In this document: positions 41,419-52,631 of the stretch, piece after piece
How positions within the stretch are numbered: position 1 is the first letter of the stretch
How the letters are laid out: every line of letters begins with the position of its first letter
DNA from: a bacterium
Lineage (GTDB): Bacteria; Cyanobacteriota; Vampirovibrionia; Gastranaerophilales; JBAXKC01
Assembly: GCA_037137535.1 (NCBI GenBank)
Contig: JBAXKC010000010.1
Span: 1-64,000 of the forward strand
DNA: 64,000 nt
Reading direction: 5' to 3'
Position numbers and translations under genes: made by a program
Notes under the pieces: model-generated
Databases searched by the model: none
What the model saw: the letters and a program-made list of their open reading frames with translations, nothing else
What the model was told of the DNA's origin: nothing

Positions 41419-42219
41419 TTATTTTAATGAAGATTTCACCCAATCCTCAATTAATTTTTTAGAAGAGGGCTGAAATTTTATTAAATTTGTACCTTGACCA
41501 CCATCAGGATATTGTTGAACTTTTTTTGTACCTAATGAACATTTTTTTAGCTCTTCAATAGCTTTTAGTGTATCGAGGTCTTTTTTACTTGTTATATATA
41601 ATACAGGTCTTACCCCATAATTAATTAGAGGTAGCCTTATATCAATACCTTTTGAAAAATTTGAAGGTGAAATTAATACGAGTGTCTTAATTTTAGAATC
41701 TTTTGAAGCTGAAATGACTGCAACTGACGAACCGAAACCTGCGCTGACTATTGCTGTTTTATTAATATTAACTTCAGGATATTCAGTTTTTAAAAAGTCT
41801 AACAAATATGACACATCAGAAGTCATATCATTATAATCTTTGTCTTTAAAATACGTCCAATATTTACTTTTATTTTTTTTATCTTTAATACTTTTGCCAT
41901 GTCCTCTTAAATCCATTGAAACAACGGAAACATTCAATGCCTTTGACATTTCTTCAGGTAAATCCATCCATGCATCAGAACTTTCACCTAATGAATGAAT
42001 AAAAACCACTAATGGTGTTTTGTTTTTAACAGAGGCTGTTGTAGGCATTAATAATTCGCCACTTAAATGAAAACCGTCTTTAGCATTAAATTGAATTGTT
42101 TGAGCCCCTTTATTCTTTTTTTTAACAGCGGAATAAGCATGTTGAATACCGATAGTATTGATTAATAACGTAATACTAAGTAATGCGACTCCAAATATAT
42201 TCGATTTAGTTCTAATCAC
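41419..42219 (-). CDS. Exported alpha/beta-hydrolase fold protein, catalytic residues apparently lost
   Basis: VVFIH, DLRGHGKS, LVLISP; nucleophile elbow reads SAGFG. Confidence 0.75.
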   Translation of the reverse strand: MIRTKSNIFGVALLSITLLINTIGIQHAYSAVKKKNKGAQTIQFNAKDGFHLSGELLMPTTASVKNKTPLVVFIHSLGESSDAWMDLPEEMSKALNVSVVSMDLRGHGKSIKDKKNKSKYWTYFKDKDYNDMTSDVSYLLDFLKTEYPEVNINKTAIVSAGFGSSVAVISASKDSKIKTLVLISPSNFSKGIDIRLPLINYGVRPVLYITSKKDLDTLKAIEELKKCSLGTKKVQQYPDGGQGTNLIKFQPSSKKLIEDWVKSSLK

Positions 42220-42308
42220 CGTAATTTCCTCTAAAATGATATTATTTCTTATCCTATCAAAGTTAAATATATTTAAACTGATTTATTTATACGAAAATAA
42301 ATTATTGT

Positions 42309-43340
42309 TTATTCTTCAACTTTATTAATTTTCTTTAGATAAAGCTCCTGAATCAATACATAGACCACAGCCGCAATTGCAGGAGATAATATTGCACCAA
42401 CAACTCCAAGTGTTGTTGCAGAAAAAAGAAGAGCAATAATTATTAAAATAGGACTAAGATCTAACATTTTCCCGAAGATCAATGGAGTTAAAAAACTGTT
42501 TTGTATTCTCTGTACAACAACAAACAATATTACAACCCATAACGCCAATATAGGGCTTTGAACCAATGCGACCAATGCAGCCAGTAAAGTAGCCAAAATT
42601 GGTCCAACAATTGGAATAAGCTCCAATAATCCTGCAATTAAGCCCAACAATAAAGAGAATTTAACATTTAGTATTAACAGACCTAATGCAATGACTATTG
42701 CGATTGTCGCCATTATAAACAGTTCACCTCTAACATAGCCGCCAACTCTATGAGCAATTGTAATACCTATTGATTCAGCTTTACTTCTTGCTTCTTGAGG
42801 GAAAAAACTTAAGAATAAGTCTTTTAATTCTTTTTTATCAAGAAGAATAAATAATACGATAGTAGCTAATGTAAAAGAAGTTATTAACCAGGTAAAAGCA
42901 TTTATTGTAAAACTAATTGACTGATTAACAATTTCTCGGCTCAAACCTGCTGTTTGATTTATTATATCGGCATTATTCGGCATTAAGGACTTATAATTAG
43001 AAATTAATTTAAACTTTACAAATTCAGTCTCAATAAATTTAGTATAAGCAGGTAATTGTTTAACAAATTCTACTGTCTGCTCTGAAAGTACAATTACGCA
43101 AGGAATAAGGATTGTTAAAATAGCAATTAAACCAACTAAAAATACTATAGAAACAGCCAAACCTCTTCTCATTCTAAGGCTTAGCCAGTCTACAGCAGGC
43201 AATAATGCACTTGCTAAAATAAAAGAAGCAAATAATATGAGTATAACTTCTTTAGACACATATAAAACCCAAAGCAAAGCTATAAGTGATATAGCTAAAA
43301 TAATGCTTTTACCTGAAATGTGAATATTTACTGATTTCAT
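42309..43340 (-). CDS. AI-2E family transporter
   Basis: Multi-TM, GGYVRG, LELIPIVGP, GVVGAILS.AIAA. Confidence 0.88.
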   Translation of the reverse strand: MKSVNIHISGKSIILAISLIALLWVLYVSKEVILILFASFILASALLPAVDWLSLRMRRGLAVSIVFLVGLIAILTILIPCVIVLSEQTVEFVKQLPAYTKFIETEFVKFKLISNYKSLMPNNADIINQTAGLSREIVNQSISFTINAFTWLITSFTLATIVLFILLDKKELKDLFLSFFPQEARSKAESIGITIAHRVGGYVRGELFIMATIAIVIALGLLILNVKFSLLLGLIAGLLELIPIVGPILATLLAALVALVQSPILALWVVILFVVVQRIQNSFLTPLIFGKMLDLSPILIIIALLFSATTLGVVGAILSPAIAAVVYVLIQELYLKKINKVEE

Positions 43341-43357
43341 TAATTATTCCTTAAACA

Positions 43358-46300
43358 CTAGCCTATAAGTTTTCTTATTGCATCAAGAAGATCATCTTGA
43401 TCAAAACTACCTTTAGTTATATATGCGTTTGCACCAAGTGCAAGACCTTTCCTTTTATCAACTTCAGAAGCAAGAGAAGTTACAAGAATAATCGGTAATT
43501 CTCTATTTTTATCATCTCTTCTTATTCTTTCAGTTAACTCAAAACCATTAATTTCAGGCATTTCTACGTCAGTTACAACCAAATCAAATCGCTCCGAAGA
43601 AAGTTTAGTAAGAGCATCAAGTCCGTTTACCGCAACTGTTACATTATAACCTGCCGCCCTTAAAATATTTCTTTCTAAAATTCTTGTTGTAACAGAGTCA
43701 TCTACAACTAAAATACTTTTTCTTATAAGAGAAGTATTATCTCTACTCATAACCAGTTGTTTCTGGCTCATTCCGAAATAAGAATATGCTGATTTAACTA
43801 AATCGCTAACATTCAAAATAAGACAAAGTTCACCTGAACCAAGAGTTGTAACTCCTGCAACATTTCTTACACGAATAAGTGGAGGAGTTAAATTTTTATG
43901 AAGAATTTCCTGATCTCCGACAAGTTTGTCAATAATAAAGCCAACTTGAACATCTTCCGCCTGAATAATAATAACAACAACCTTATCAGAGTATGAGGCT
44001 TCGGGCATTTCTAATATTCTTGAAAGTCTGCAAATTGGTACTGTCTTATTATCAACGATAATTGTTTCTCTGCCTTCCTTATAAAAAATATGTTTTGGAT
44101 TAATAAGCAAAGCAGTTTTAATTGCACTTGTAGGAATCGCAAAAGTCTGACTATTTACCTTGACAAGGAAAGACTTAATTGTTGCCATCGTTACAGGAAG
44201 CTGGATAGAGACCTTACAGCCTTCTCCCAGCGTTGACATGATTGAGACTTTACCGTTTATCTGAGTAATTTTGGTATAAACAATATCAAGCCCGACACCT
44301 CTGCCTGAAATATCCGTAACAATTTCCCCCGTAGAAAAACCGGGCCAGAATATTATATTCATAATCTGATCGTCATTCATTGCTTGCAGTTCTGCTGCAT
44401 TTAAAAGACCTTTTTGAAGAACTTTTCTTCTTATAGCTTCAAGGTCAATTCCACGACCATCATCAATAATATCAATCTGAACACTGTTTTCCAGAGGATA
44501 AGCATTTAAAAATATTTTACCGACGGGAGATTTACCTTTTTTAATACGATCAGCAGGTTTTTCTATTCCATGATCAATAGCATTTCTTATTATATGAATT
44601 AACGGATCTTTTATTTCTTCAATAATTTTTTTATCAACGCTGGTTTCACTACCGCTAATTATAAATTCTATTTCTTTTTCAACATCTCTTGAAATATCTC
44701 TGACCATTCTCGGCAACATATGAAAAACCGTAGCAAGAGGTAATACTCTTACACTTTTTATTTTTTCTTCTATTTCGTTGACAATAAGATTAAGTCTGGC
44801 ATCATCTTCATGAATAACTTTATATAGGGAATTAATTTTAGTTAAAAAATCATTAATTTTAGAAGAAGTTTCTTCAAAGGAGCTAGCAACACTTTTATTT
44901 TGCAAATAAATAGAAGTTCCTGAAGGAATATCACTTGGTTTAAAAGACTTTCTTTCAAGGTTTTTAAACTGTTGTTTTGATTTATTCCACTCTCTTTGCC
45001 ATTCTTCAACGGAACGAATTATTTTTTCAATTTCAACAAGATGATCTTTAGCCTTAATATTAGCAATAATAAGCTCGCCTGCCTGACTGACCAGTTGATC
45101 CAGTTTTTTAGCATCAACACGTAAAGTTTTAATAGTGGCATTGTCATTTGTCTTAAAAGTATCAGAAATTTTTTGTCCCTGTTTTTCTTGTCCACCAGCA
45201 AAAATATCAATACTTGGTAAAACAGGAGCATAATCAGATCTGTATTGTAATTCGGTATTGTCTTTATTTTCTTGTTGTTCTTCTGTTATCTGAAGATTGC
45301 CACTTTCATTTTCTGACATTTTAAGCATCTGTTGAAGAATAGAAAGTCGTTGAAAAACGAGAAAAGGATCTTCGTCATTTTCTCCTTCAATGACAAAAGA
45401 AATAGCTGAATCAAAACTTTGCTTAATGACATCAACTACCTCAACAGACGGTTTAGTTGATGGCATTTTTGCCAATTCAGCAAGTTCTATGATTTTCTCA
45501 AATATTTTTTTTATATCTTCATTAGAAATTTTATTAATAATAATCAATAATTTTTCTATTATTAATTCAATATTTTTTAAAGCCTCAGAAGAAGTATCAG
45601 CAAAACATATTAAGTTATAGGAAATAAATTCAATATCATCTTTAAAAGTAAACTGATTTGCTTTAGAAATAATTTTTGCAGATTTGGCGGTTAAATCCTC
45701 TTCATCTTTTACTACGCTTATATCATCACGATCTAAAACTTGAATATTTTCAGCCGCATCAGATAAAATATCAACTTGAAAAGCTACTTCCGGAGCTACT
45801 TTTTTCAGGAAAGAATTAAAATTTTCTTCAACTTCAATTACTTCTGAATCAATTAATAACCCACTTCCTCTAATTACACCATCAAGTTTGGTTTTTATAT
45901 CAAAAAGAATTTCTGTTATTTCAAATTCGTCAATATATTTGCCTAACTCATCTAAATGATTAATATTATTATGCAAAGCATTTAAAACAATAAAATTACT
46001 ACTGTCGTACTTTAATCCATTTATTAATTTTTTTATTGAGTCAGAAAGACTAAGAACTTCTTCTTTAAAAATTGCAAAAGAAGCATCTTTATTTAATTGA
46101 GTTTGAGCTTCAATATCATCCGAAGCAACATCATTAATTATTTCAGGTTCTTCAACTTTTTTCTCTGTTGAGATTTGAGCAGGTTTAATAAAATCTTCTT
46201 CAACAGTTCCATTTTGAACAGAGTTGATAAGGCCTTCAATTCTGCTTAAAACAGAATCTACTCGTTCAGAGTGGTATTTACCTTTTGTTTTAATAGACTC

Positions 46301-46618
46301 TTCAATTATTGAACCTATACAATCTGCGGCTTCGCATAACAAATCAATAATTGAAGAATTCAATTTCAATTTCTTATCTTTTGCAAAACCAAATATATCC
46401 TCTAGCTTATGAGCAACGGCTTGAATATCAAGAAACCCTATCATTCTCGCAGCGCCTTTTATACTGTGAGCTTCTCGAAAAAGCTCTTGTATGGCGACAG
46501 GGTCATTAGGATTATTTTCAAGCACTAAGAGATTGCAATGTATTTTTTGAATTTGCTCTTCACTCTCATCTCTAAATATATTTAATATTTCTTCGAACTC
46601 TTCTTCGAGAAATTCCAT
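43358..46618 (-). CDS. cheA: CheA-like hybrid kinase (Hpt-dimerisation-HATPase-CheW-REC), WspE-type
   Basis: FREAHSIKGAARM, HIIRNAIDHGIE, DDGRG, SGRGVGLD, C-terminal REC (VVDDS..TDVEMP). Confidence 0.92.
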   Translation of the reverse strand: MEFLEEEFEEILNIFRDESEEQIQKIHCNLLVLENNPNDPVAIQELFREAHSIKGAARMIGFLDIQAVAHKLEDIFGFAKDKKLKLNSSIIDLLCEAADCIGSIIEESIKTKGKYHSERVDSVLSRIEGLINSVQNGTVEEDFIKPAQISTEKKVEEPEIINDVASDDIEAQTQLNKDASFAIFKEEVLSLSDSIKKLINGLKYDSSNFIVLNALHNNINHLDELGKYIDEFEITEILFDIKTKLDGVIRGSGLLIDSEVIEVEENFNSFLKKVAPEVAFQVDILSDAAENIQVLDRDDISVVKDEEDLTAKSAKIISKANQFTFKDDIEFISYNLICFADTSSEALKNIELIIEKLLIIINKISNEDIKKIFEKIIELAELAKMPSTKPSVEVVDVIKQSFDSAISFVIEGENDEDPFLVFQRLSILQQMLKMSENESGNLQITEEQQENKDNTELQYRSDYAPVLPSIDIFAGGQEKQGQKISDTFKTNDNATIKTLRVDAKKLDQLVSQAGELIIANIKAKDHLVEIEKIIRSVEEWQREWNKSKQQFKNLERKSFKPSDIPSGTSIYLQNKSVASSFEETSSKINDFLTKINSLYKVIHEDDARLNLIVNEIEEKIKSVRVLPLATVFHMLPRMVRDISRDVEKEIEFIISGSETSVDKKIIEEIKDPLIHIIRNAIDHGIEKPADRIKKGKSPVGKIFLNAYPLENSVQIDIIDDGRGIDLEAIRRKVLQKGLLNAAELQAMNDDQIMNIIFWPGFSTGEIVTDISGRGVGLDIVYTKITQINGKVSIMSTLGEGCKVSIQLPVTMATIKSFLVKVNSQTFAIPTSAIKTALLINPKHIFYKEGRETIIVDNKTVPICRLSRILEMPEASYSDKVVVIIIQAEDVQVGFIIDKLVGDQEILHKNLTPPLIRVRNVAGVTTLGSGELCLILNVSDLVKSAYSYFGMSQKQLVMSRDNTSLIRKSILVVDDSVTTRILERNILRAAGYNVTVAVNGLDALTKLSSERFDLVVTDVEMPEINGFELTERIRRDDKNRELPIILVTSLASEVDKRKGLALGANAYITKGSFDQDDLLDAIRKLIG

Positions 46619-46621
46619 TAA

Positions 46622-47707
46622 TTATTCCTTATAACTCTTATATCTTCCTGTTTCCAGAAATTCTTCTCTTCCCATAACGGTTTTCTTCAAGGATTTTGAA
46701 ACTTCAATAAGTGTAGAGAGAGTTTTCATATTAAGTTTTATACTTACTGCAGATTCGGTAAGACCTTGATCTAAAGCACTTATTACATCAGAAACTTCAT
46801 TCGTACAAATAGACTGGTTACTTGCCGCAGTTACAATCCCTTCGACACTCTGTACTGTTTCATTAATAGTATATCTAAGAACATCAATACTTTGAGCAAT
46901 TTGATGAGCCAAATCAACACCTGATTCAATCTCTTTAGTTCCTTCTTCAGTTGCCATAACTGTAGAATTAGTAGCTTGTTGAATATCATGAATAAGAGAA
47001 GTTATTTTTGTGGTTGCCTGTTTACTTTCATCAGCCAGTTTTCTGATTTCACTAGCTACAACAGCAAAACCTTTACCGTGTTCGCCTGCTCTTGCCGCTT
47101 CAACAGCTGCATTCAACGCAAGCATATTTGTTTGCTCGGTAATATCTTCAACAACTCCGATAATACTTCCGATTTGCTGTGTGTGTTCACTTAACTCAAG
47201 GATAAGCTCAGCAATTATTTCAATTTTTTGTTTAAGAGTTCTCATTTTTTCAATATTTGCTTTAACAGATTCCTGTTCTTTACTGGAAAGGATTAAAGCT
47301 TCTTGGGACTTTTCGGCTACTCTTTGAGCACTCATTTTAGTTTTATATGATGATGAACTAAGTTTATCAATACCAATTGCAGCATTTTTCAATAATTCTA
47401 TATGTTTGGTTATAAAATTTTCTTGTTTTGAAGTAAGATCAATTGCCTCGTTTGATGCGTCATTTGTATGCATAACAGCATCAAAAATAGGATTTGCAAT
47501 AGTTAAACTCACCCATTTTTTCAAAAGCTCTCCAACAATTGCACCTGCAATAAAAAGAATAAAAACCGCAATTCCCCAGCTAAGCATATCTGAACTTTTA
47601 GAGTTTAGTATATATGCTATGGACATTACTGAAATAACAAGAAGAAAAACCTGATAAATTCTGGTTGTAATTCTGATCTTTTCTTCAAGATTCATTCTTT
47701 TAAACAT
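46622..47707 (-). CDS. Methyl-accepting chemotaxis protein (minimal, no periplasmic sensor domain)
   Basis: [34 protein letters not shown]; two TMs joined by a very short loop. Confidence 0.92.
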   Translation of the reverse strand: MFKRMNLEEKIRITTRIYQVFLLVISVMSIAYILNSKSSDMLSWGIAVFILFIAGAIVGELLKKWVSLTIANPIFDAVMHTNDASNEAIDLTSKQENFITKHIELLKNAAIGIDKLSSSSYKTKMSAQRVAEKSQEALILSSKEQESVKANIEKMRTLKQKIEIIAELILELSEHTQQIGSIIGVVEDITEQTNMLALNAAVEAARAGEHGKGFAVVASEIRKLADESKQATTKITSLIHDIQQATNSTVMATEEGTKEIESGVDLAHQIAQSIDVLRYTINETVQSVEGIVTAASNQSICTNEVSDVISALDQGLTESAVSIKLNMKTLSTLIEVSKSLKKTVMGREEFLETGRYKSYKE

Positions 47708-47958
47708 TTTTTGCTTTATCCTTACTCTTTTTTATCTACCAAACAAGGCTCCACTAAAAAATTATAATTTATTTATCTTTAAATTAAAAGCAATAAAAGA
47801 AGGAGCAACATTTTATAAGTTTAAATTTCCATTTAAGCAAATTTAGTGTATTATAATTAAATCATCTTTTTACTAGTTGATTAATAATAAAATTAAGTTT
47901 ATTTTATTATTATTATATTTTATTATAATTTGTTTTTACTTAACAGCAAAAAGTAAGT

Positions 47959-49431
47959 ATGAAAAAGAAAATCCTATTAATAGACGACAGCGCAACTCAA
48001 TTAATGAGTTTAAAAATCACTCTGGTTAAAGCAGGCTATGAAGTAGTAACTGCAATTAACGGAGTGGAAGGCATTTCAGCTGTCTATAAACACAGGCCTG
48101 ACCTTATTGTTTCAGACATTATAATGCCTGAAATAAATGGTTATCAGTTATGCCGTTTATTAAAAAATGAACCTGCGACAAAAAGCATACCGATAATATT
48201 ATTAACCAGCTTAAATGAAAAACTTGATAAATTCTGGGGATTAAGAGCAGGAGCTAATGCTTTTGTAATTAAAGATCAAGACTTTGCAAAACTTATTGCC
48301 AAAATTCAGTATTTCATTGAAAAAAATGATAAAGAACATCAGGGGCAAAGTAATTCTATTGAAGAAGATGTTCAATACGCTTCCTTGCAATCAAGAATTA
48401 ATCAGATTTTAGACGAATCATTAATTGAAACTACAATAATAAATGAATTCAGAAATTTGACAGAGTATGCACTTGATACAGCTGTATTATGTAAACATAT
48501 CCTTGGGTTACTCGGATCAATACTTGATTACGATATTGCAGGAATATTTTTCAATGATAGAGATGAAAAAAAGATCAAAAAGGTTTACTTTTCAACAAAT
48601 ACATTAAATTCAAGCGAAGAAACACTGTCTGAAATAAAACATGACTTCTTCTATTCAGTTCTTGGTGAAGAATATGCAAGCAACAGAGATTTTATTAGTT
48701 TTGAAATAGCTGAATTAAGCGACGAATCTCAATTCAAAATAGAAAATACAGATCAATTAAAATCAAAAGTATGTATTCCGATTATTTATTCCAATAAAAT
48801 TATTGGAGGTATTTGTTTCTATCACAATAATTCAAATAAATTCTCTCAATCAAGAATTTTAAAACTGATTATTGAAGAGTTAAAAATTCTAATGAGATTT
48901 AAATGGCTAAATTCAGAAACTAAATATTTAGCTATAACAGATGCTCTTACAGGCTTATACAACAGAAGATATTTCCAGCAATCCGTTGAGAGAGAATTTG
49001 CAAGAGCAAAAAGATACAACACAATGCTAAGTATTGCTATGCTTGACATTGATTTCTTCAAAAAAATTAATGATACTTATGGTCATCAATTTGGAGATAA
49101 AGTTATATCTGAAGTTTCAAATCTTATAAAAACTTCTTTAAGAAAAACCGATTATATTGCCCGATACGGCGGAGAAGAATTTATTGCAATAGTACCTGAA
49201 ACTTCAATAGAAAATGCATATATTCCTTTTGAAAGATTACGCAAAAAGGTAGAAGACTTTAGTTTCAAGTTTGAAGATAAAATTGTCAAAGTCACTATAA
49301 GTATTGGTATAGCTGAGATTAATAAAAACTTCAAAACTGAAGCAGAATTGATTGAAAAAGCCGATCAAGCTTTATATTTGGCTAAACAAACAGGTAGAAA
49401 CAAAGTAGAAATCTATAAACAAGAAGGTTAA
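47959..49431 (+). CDS. REC-(GAF-like)-GGDEF diguanylate cyclase, WspR/PleD-like
   Basis: N-terminal REC (IDDS..SDIIMP), DALTGLYNRR, RKTD I-site, GGEEF. Confidence 0.92.
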   Translation: MKKKILLIDDSATQLMSLKITLVKAGYEVVTAINGVEGISAVYKHRPDLIVSDIIMPEINGYQLCRLLKNEPATKSIPIILLTSLNEKLDKFWGLRAGANAFVIKDQDFAKLIAKIQYFIEKNDKEHQGQSNSIEEDVQYASLQSRINQILDESLIETTIINEFRNLTEYALDTAVLCKHILGLLGSILDYDIAGIFFNDRDEKKIKKVYFSTNTLNSSEETLSEIKHDFFYSVLGEEYASNRDFISFEIAELSDESQFKIENTDQLKSKVCIPIIYSNKIIGGICFYHNNSNKFSQSRILKLIIEELKILMRFKWLNSETKYLAITDALTGLYNRRYFQQSVEREFARAKRYNTMLSIAMLDIDFFKKINDTYGHQFGDKVISEVSNLIKTSLRKTDYIARYGGEEFIAIVPETSIENAYIPFERLRKKVEDFSFKFEDKIVKVTISIGIAEINKNFKTEAELIEKADQALYLAKQTGRNKVEIYKQEG

Positions 49432-49433
49432 AA

Positions 49434-50540
49434 ATGGATAAAAGCCTTGTAAAACAACTTAATTCCTCTCCATTTCCTGCGAGAGAAAATGTTTTAAGTT
49501 CTTTTTCAATTCCATCTCATGACAATGCAGATTTATATCTAACTTTTAACCTTACTGAAAAAAACTATGCGATAGAAGCTGCAAAAATCATTGAAATTGT
49601 GCAACTTCCCGAATTAAGCATCTTAGAAAAAGCTCCTGAATATATTGTCGGAGTAATGAATCTAAGAGGCAAAATTATAAGCATTATTGACATGAGACGA
49701 CTGCTTGGTATTCCACAGGCTTGTTACACAATTGATCATCAGGTTTTGATAATCAATTGCAAAGATAAAACTATAGGAGTAATAATTGACTCGGTAAAGG
49801 ACGTTATTACCTTTAGAAAATCAGAGATACAACCTTTGCCGTATAACTCACATGAACATTTTATAAGTGGTATTTATAAAAGCACCGAACACCTTATTGC
49901 ACTGTTAAATCTTGATCTGCTTGTTGAAGAAATAAGTTCCGTTGAAACAATAAAACACAATGCAGTTAAACCAACTGCTGCTACTAACTATTTATTTCCA
50001 ACCGATGCCTATTCACAAGATAAACTAAAAAAAAGAGCGTTAAAACTTCAGAGAGAGCTTAAGGCTGATACAACAGATAACTCCCTTGATGAGAACAGGT
50101 TTGTTTCATTTGTTTTAAATCAGGAACAATATTGCATAAGTTTAAAACATGTAAAGGAATTCTGTAAACTTAAACTTGTTACTTTAACAACTGTTCCCTG
50201 CGTGCCTGAATTTATATCCGGAATAATAAACCTTAGAGGAGAGTTTATTACTATTATTGACATTAAGAGCTTTTTACAAATCCCTAAATCTAGAACAACC
50301 GACAAAACCAAAATAATTGTAGTTCAGGCAAAAGGATTACAAATAGGGCTTGTTGTAGATGACGTTTTTAATATCATTAATATTCCTTTTGAAAAATTAA
50401 GCCATCATCCACCTGCAAAGTTTGAACAAAATAAATACACTCTGGCAGAAGTTATGCATAAAGATTTTGGAGTTATGAGTGTATTTAATATTGAAAAATT
50501 CCTTGAAGATGAAAGATTGTATGTTGAAGATGCAATATAA
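49434..50540 (+). CDS. cheW: Tandem double-CheW protein
   Basis: Two CheW domains (GVMNLRGKII; GIINLRGEFI). Confidence 0.9.
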   Translation: MDKSLVKQLNSSPFPARENVLSSFSIPSHDNADLYLTFNLTEKNYAIEAAKIIEIVQLPELSILEKAPEYIVGVMNLRGKIISIIDMRRLLGIPQACYTIDHQVLIINCKDKTIGVIIDSVKDVITFRKSEIQPLPYNSHEHFISGIYKSTEHLIALLNLDLLVEEISSVETIKHNAVKPTAATNYLFPTDAYSQDKLKKRALKLQRELKADTTDNSLDENRFVSFVLNQEQYCISLKHVKEFCKLKLVTLTTVPCVPEFISGIINLRGEFITIIDIKSFLQIPKSRTTDKTKIIVVQAKGLQIGLVVDDVFNIINIPFEKLSHHPPAKFEQNKYTLAEVMHKDFGVMSVFNIEKFLEDERLYVEDAI

Positions 50541-50786
50541 AAAGGAAAAACGGACCTTTTGTGGTCCGTTTTTTGTACTTGGCTTATAATGATGTATGTG
50601 GATAGGAGACATATATCTCCTAATTTATATATACCCATAAATAAAGTTTTTGAAACAATATAACTTTGTATATTAAAAAGATTTAAAGATTATTGTTTGT
50701 AGAGTAATGCTTCTGTTATAATTTGAGCTTAATTGTCAAAGTACTTAATTAGTTTTATAAATAACATATTATAGAGGTGAACAACT

Positions 50787-52631
50787 TTGTGCGGAATAGT
50801 AGGATACATTGGTAATAAGCCGGTAATACCAGTCCTTATAGAAGGATTAAGCAAACTTGAATACAGAGGATATGACTCAGCAGGAATCGCTGTATTCCAT
50901 GAAAATTGCATTAAAACATTCAAAGAATCCGGAAAACTTGAAAATTTAAGAACAGCCGTTGAGTTTTCTAATGAACTAAAAGAAGCAAACACAATTGGTA
51001 TAGGGCATATCAGATGGGCAACACATGGCGCCCCTACAAGAACAAATGCACATCCGCATATTAGCTGTTGCGAGAAAATAGCAATTGTTCACAACGGTAT
51101 AATTGAAAATTATAAAGAATTAAAAGAAGACCTTATTTCAAAAGGTCATGAATTCGTATCACAAACAGATACAGAAGTTTTAGTTCACCTTCTTGAGGAA
51201 AGTTTAAAAGAACATGGCACTGCTCATGCAGCTATTCAAGATACTCTAAAAAAAGTTATCGGAGCTTTCGCTTTAGGTATTATTTTTGCAGAAGAGCCTG
51301 AAACTTTATATGCAGCTAGAAAAAGTGCTCCATTAATAGTCGGTGTCGGAGAAAACGAAAACTTTATAGCTAGTGATGTTCCTGCTCTGCTTGAATACAC
51401 AAAGAAAATTATTTATCTTGATGACGGTGAAATTGCAATCTTAAAAAAAGATGGCGTTAATGTTTATGATTTTAATCAAAATAAAATTGCTAAAAAAGTT
51501 GAAACCCTTCCTTGGGAACCTGTTGCAATAAGTAAAATGGGCTATAAGCACTTTATGCTTAAAGAAATTCACGAACAACCTGATGTTATAAGACAAACAC
51601 TTTCAGGTCGTTTAATATCAACAGATCAACCTATTAGGCTTGATGAAGTTAAATTAAATAATTATCACCTTAAAAATCTTGAAAGAATACAGGTCATTGC
51701 TTGTGGAACTTCACTACATGCGGCACTTGTCGGAAAACATCTTATAGAAGACCTGATTGGAATTCCTGTTGATGTAGAAGCATCAAGCGAATATATCTAC
51801 AGAAGAACTATTACAAACGATAAATCTCTTGTGATCGGGGTTTCTCAGTCAGGTGAAACAGCTGATACTCTAACAGGCATAAGACAAGCCAAAGAAAAAG
51901 GCTCACACGTCCTTATCATAACCAATAGAGTAGACTCCACAATGGCAAGAGAAGCTGATAGTCTTCTTCCTATTAATGCGGGCATAGAGGTAAGCGTAGC
52001 AGCAACAAAATCATTTACTGCTCAATTGTTAGCCTTTTACCTGCTAGCGATTCACCTTGCCGAAGTTAAAGGAACTATCTCTGAACATGATGCTCTACGC
52101 TATAAAGAAGAATTAGTTCAATTACCACAAAAAGTAGAAACTATTCTTCTTAAAAAAGATGAGATTAAACGTTGTGCAAAACATTTCCATAACACAAGAG
52201 ATTTCATCTATATCGCAAGAGGAATTAACTTCCCTGTTGCTCTTGAAGGTGCATTAAAACTTAAAGAGATCAGCTATATTAACGCAACAGGCTATCCTGC
52301 CGGCGAATTAAAGCATGGGCCGATTGCTATGCTTGATGAAGATCTTCCTGTTCTTTCAATATTAATGCCGGGTGGTGTTTATGACAAAGTATTGTCAAAC
52401 AGCGAAGAAGCTAAAGCTCGTGATGCAAAAATGATTGCAGTAACATCAGATAATAATCCTCATTTGAACGATATATTTGAATTTATAATTAAAGTTCCTA
52501 CAATTGATGAAACGTTTTCGCCAATCATAACAAATATACCGTTACAATTATTAGCTTATTATATTGCAGAGTTCCTTGGTAAAGATGTAGATCAGCCAAG
52601 AAACTTAGCAAAATCTGTTACTGTTGAATAA
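50787..52631 (+). CDS. glmS: Glutamine--fructose-6-phosphate aminotransferase
   Basis: CGIVG, LEYRGYDSAG, SQSGETADT, QPRNLAKSVTVE; TTG start with GAGGTG RBS. Confidence 0.98.
   Translation: MCGIVGYIGNKPVIPVLIEGLSKLEYRGYDSAGIAVFHENCIKTFKESGKLENLRTAVEFSNELKEANTIGIGHIRWATHGAPTRTNAHPHISCCEKIAIVHNGIIENYKELKEDLISKGHEFVSQTDTEVLVHLLEESLKEHGTAHAAIQDTLKKVIGAFALGIIFAEEPETLYAARKSAPLIVGVGENENFIASDVPALLEYTKKIIYLDDGEIAILKKDGVNVYDFNQNKIAKKVETLPWEPVAISKMGYKHFMLKEIHEQPDVIRQTLSGRLISTDQPIRLDEVKLNNYHLKNLERIQVIACGTSLHAALVGKHLIEDLIGIPVDVEASSEYIYRRTITNDKSLVIGVSQSGETADTLTGIRQAKEKGSHVLIITNRVDSTMAREADSLLPINAGIEVSVAATKSFTAQLLAFYLLAIHLAEVKGTISEHDALRYKEELVQLPQKVETILLKKDEIKRCAKHFHNTRDFIYIARGINFPVALEGALKLKEISYINATGYPAGELKHGPIAMLDEDLPVLSILMPGGVYDKVLSNSEEAKARDAKMIAVTSDNNPHLNDIFEFIIKVPTIDETFSPIITNIPLQLLAYYIAEFLGKDVDQPRNLAKSVTVE

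Noticed and set aside
50541-50786. glmS ribozyme upstream of glmS
   Set aside because: The conserved core (AGCGCC..GACGAGG) is not present.
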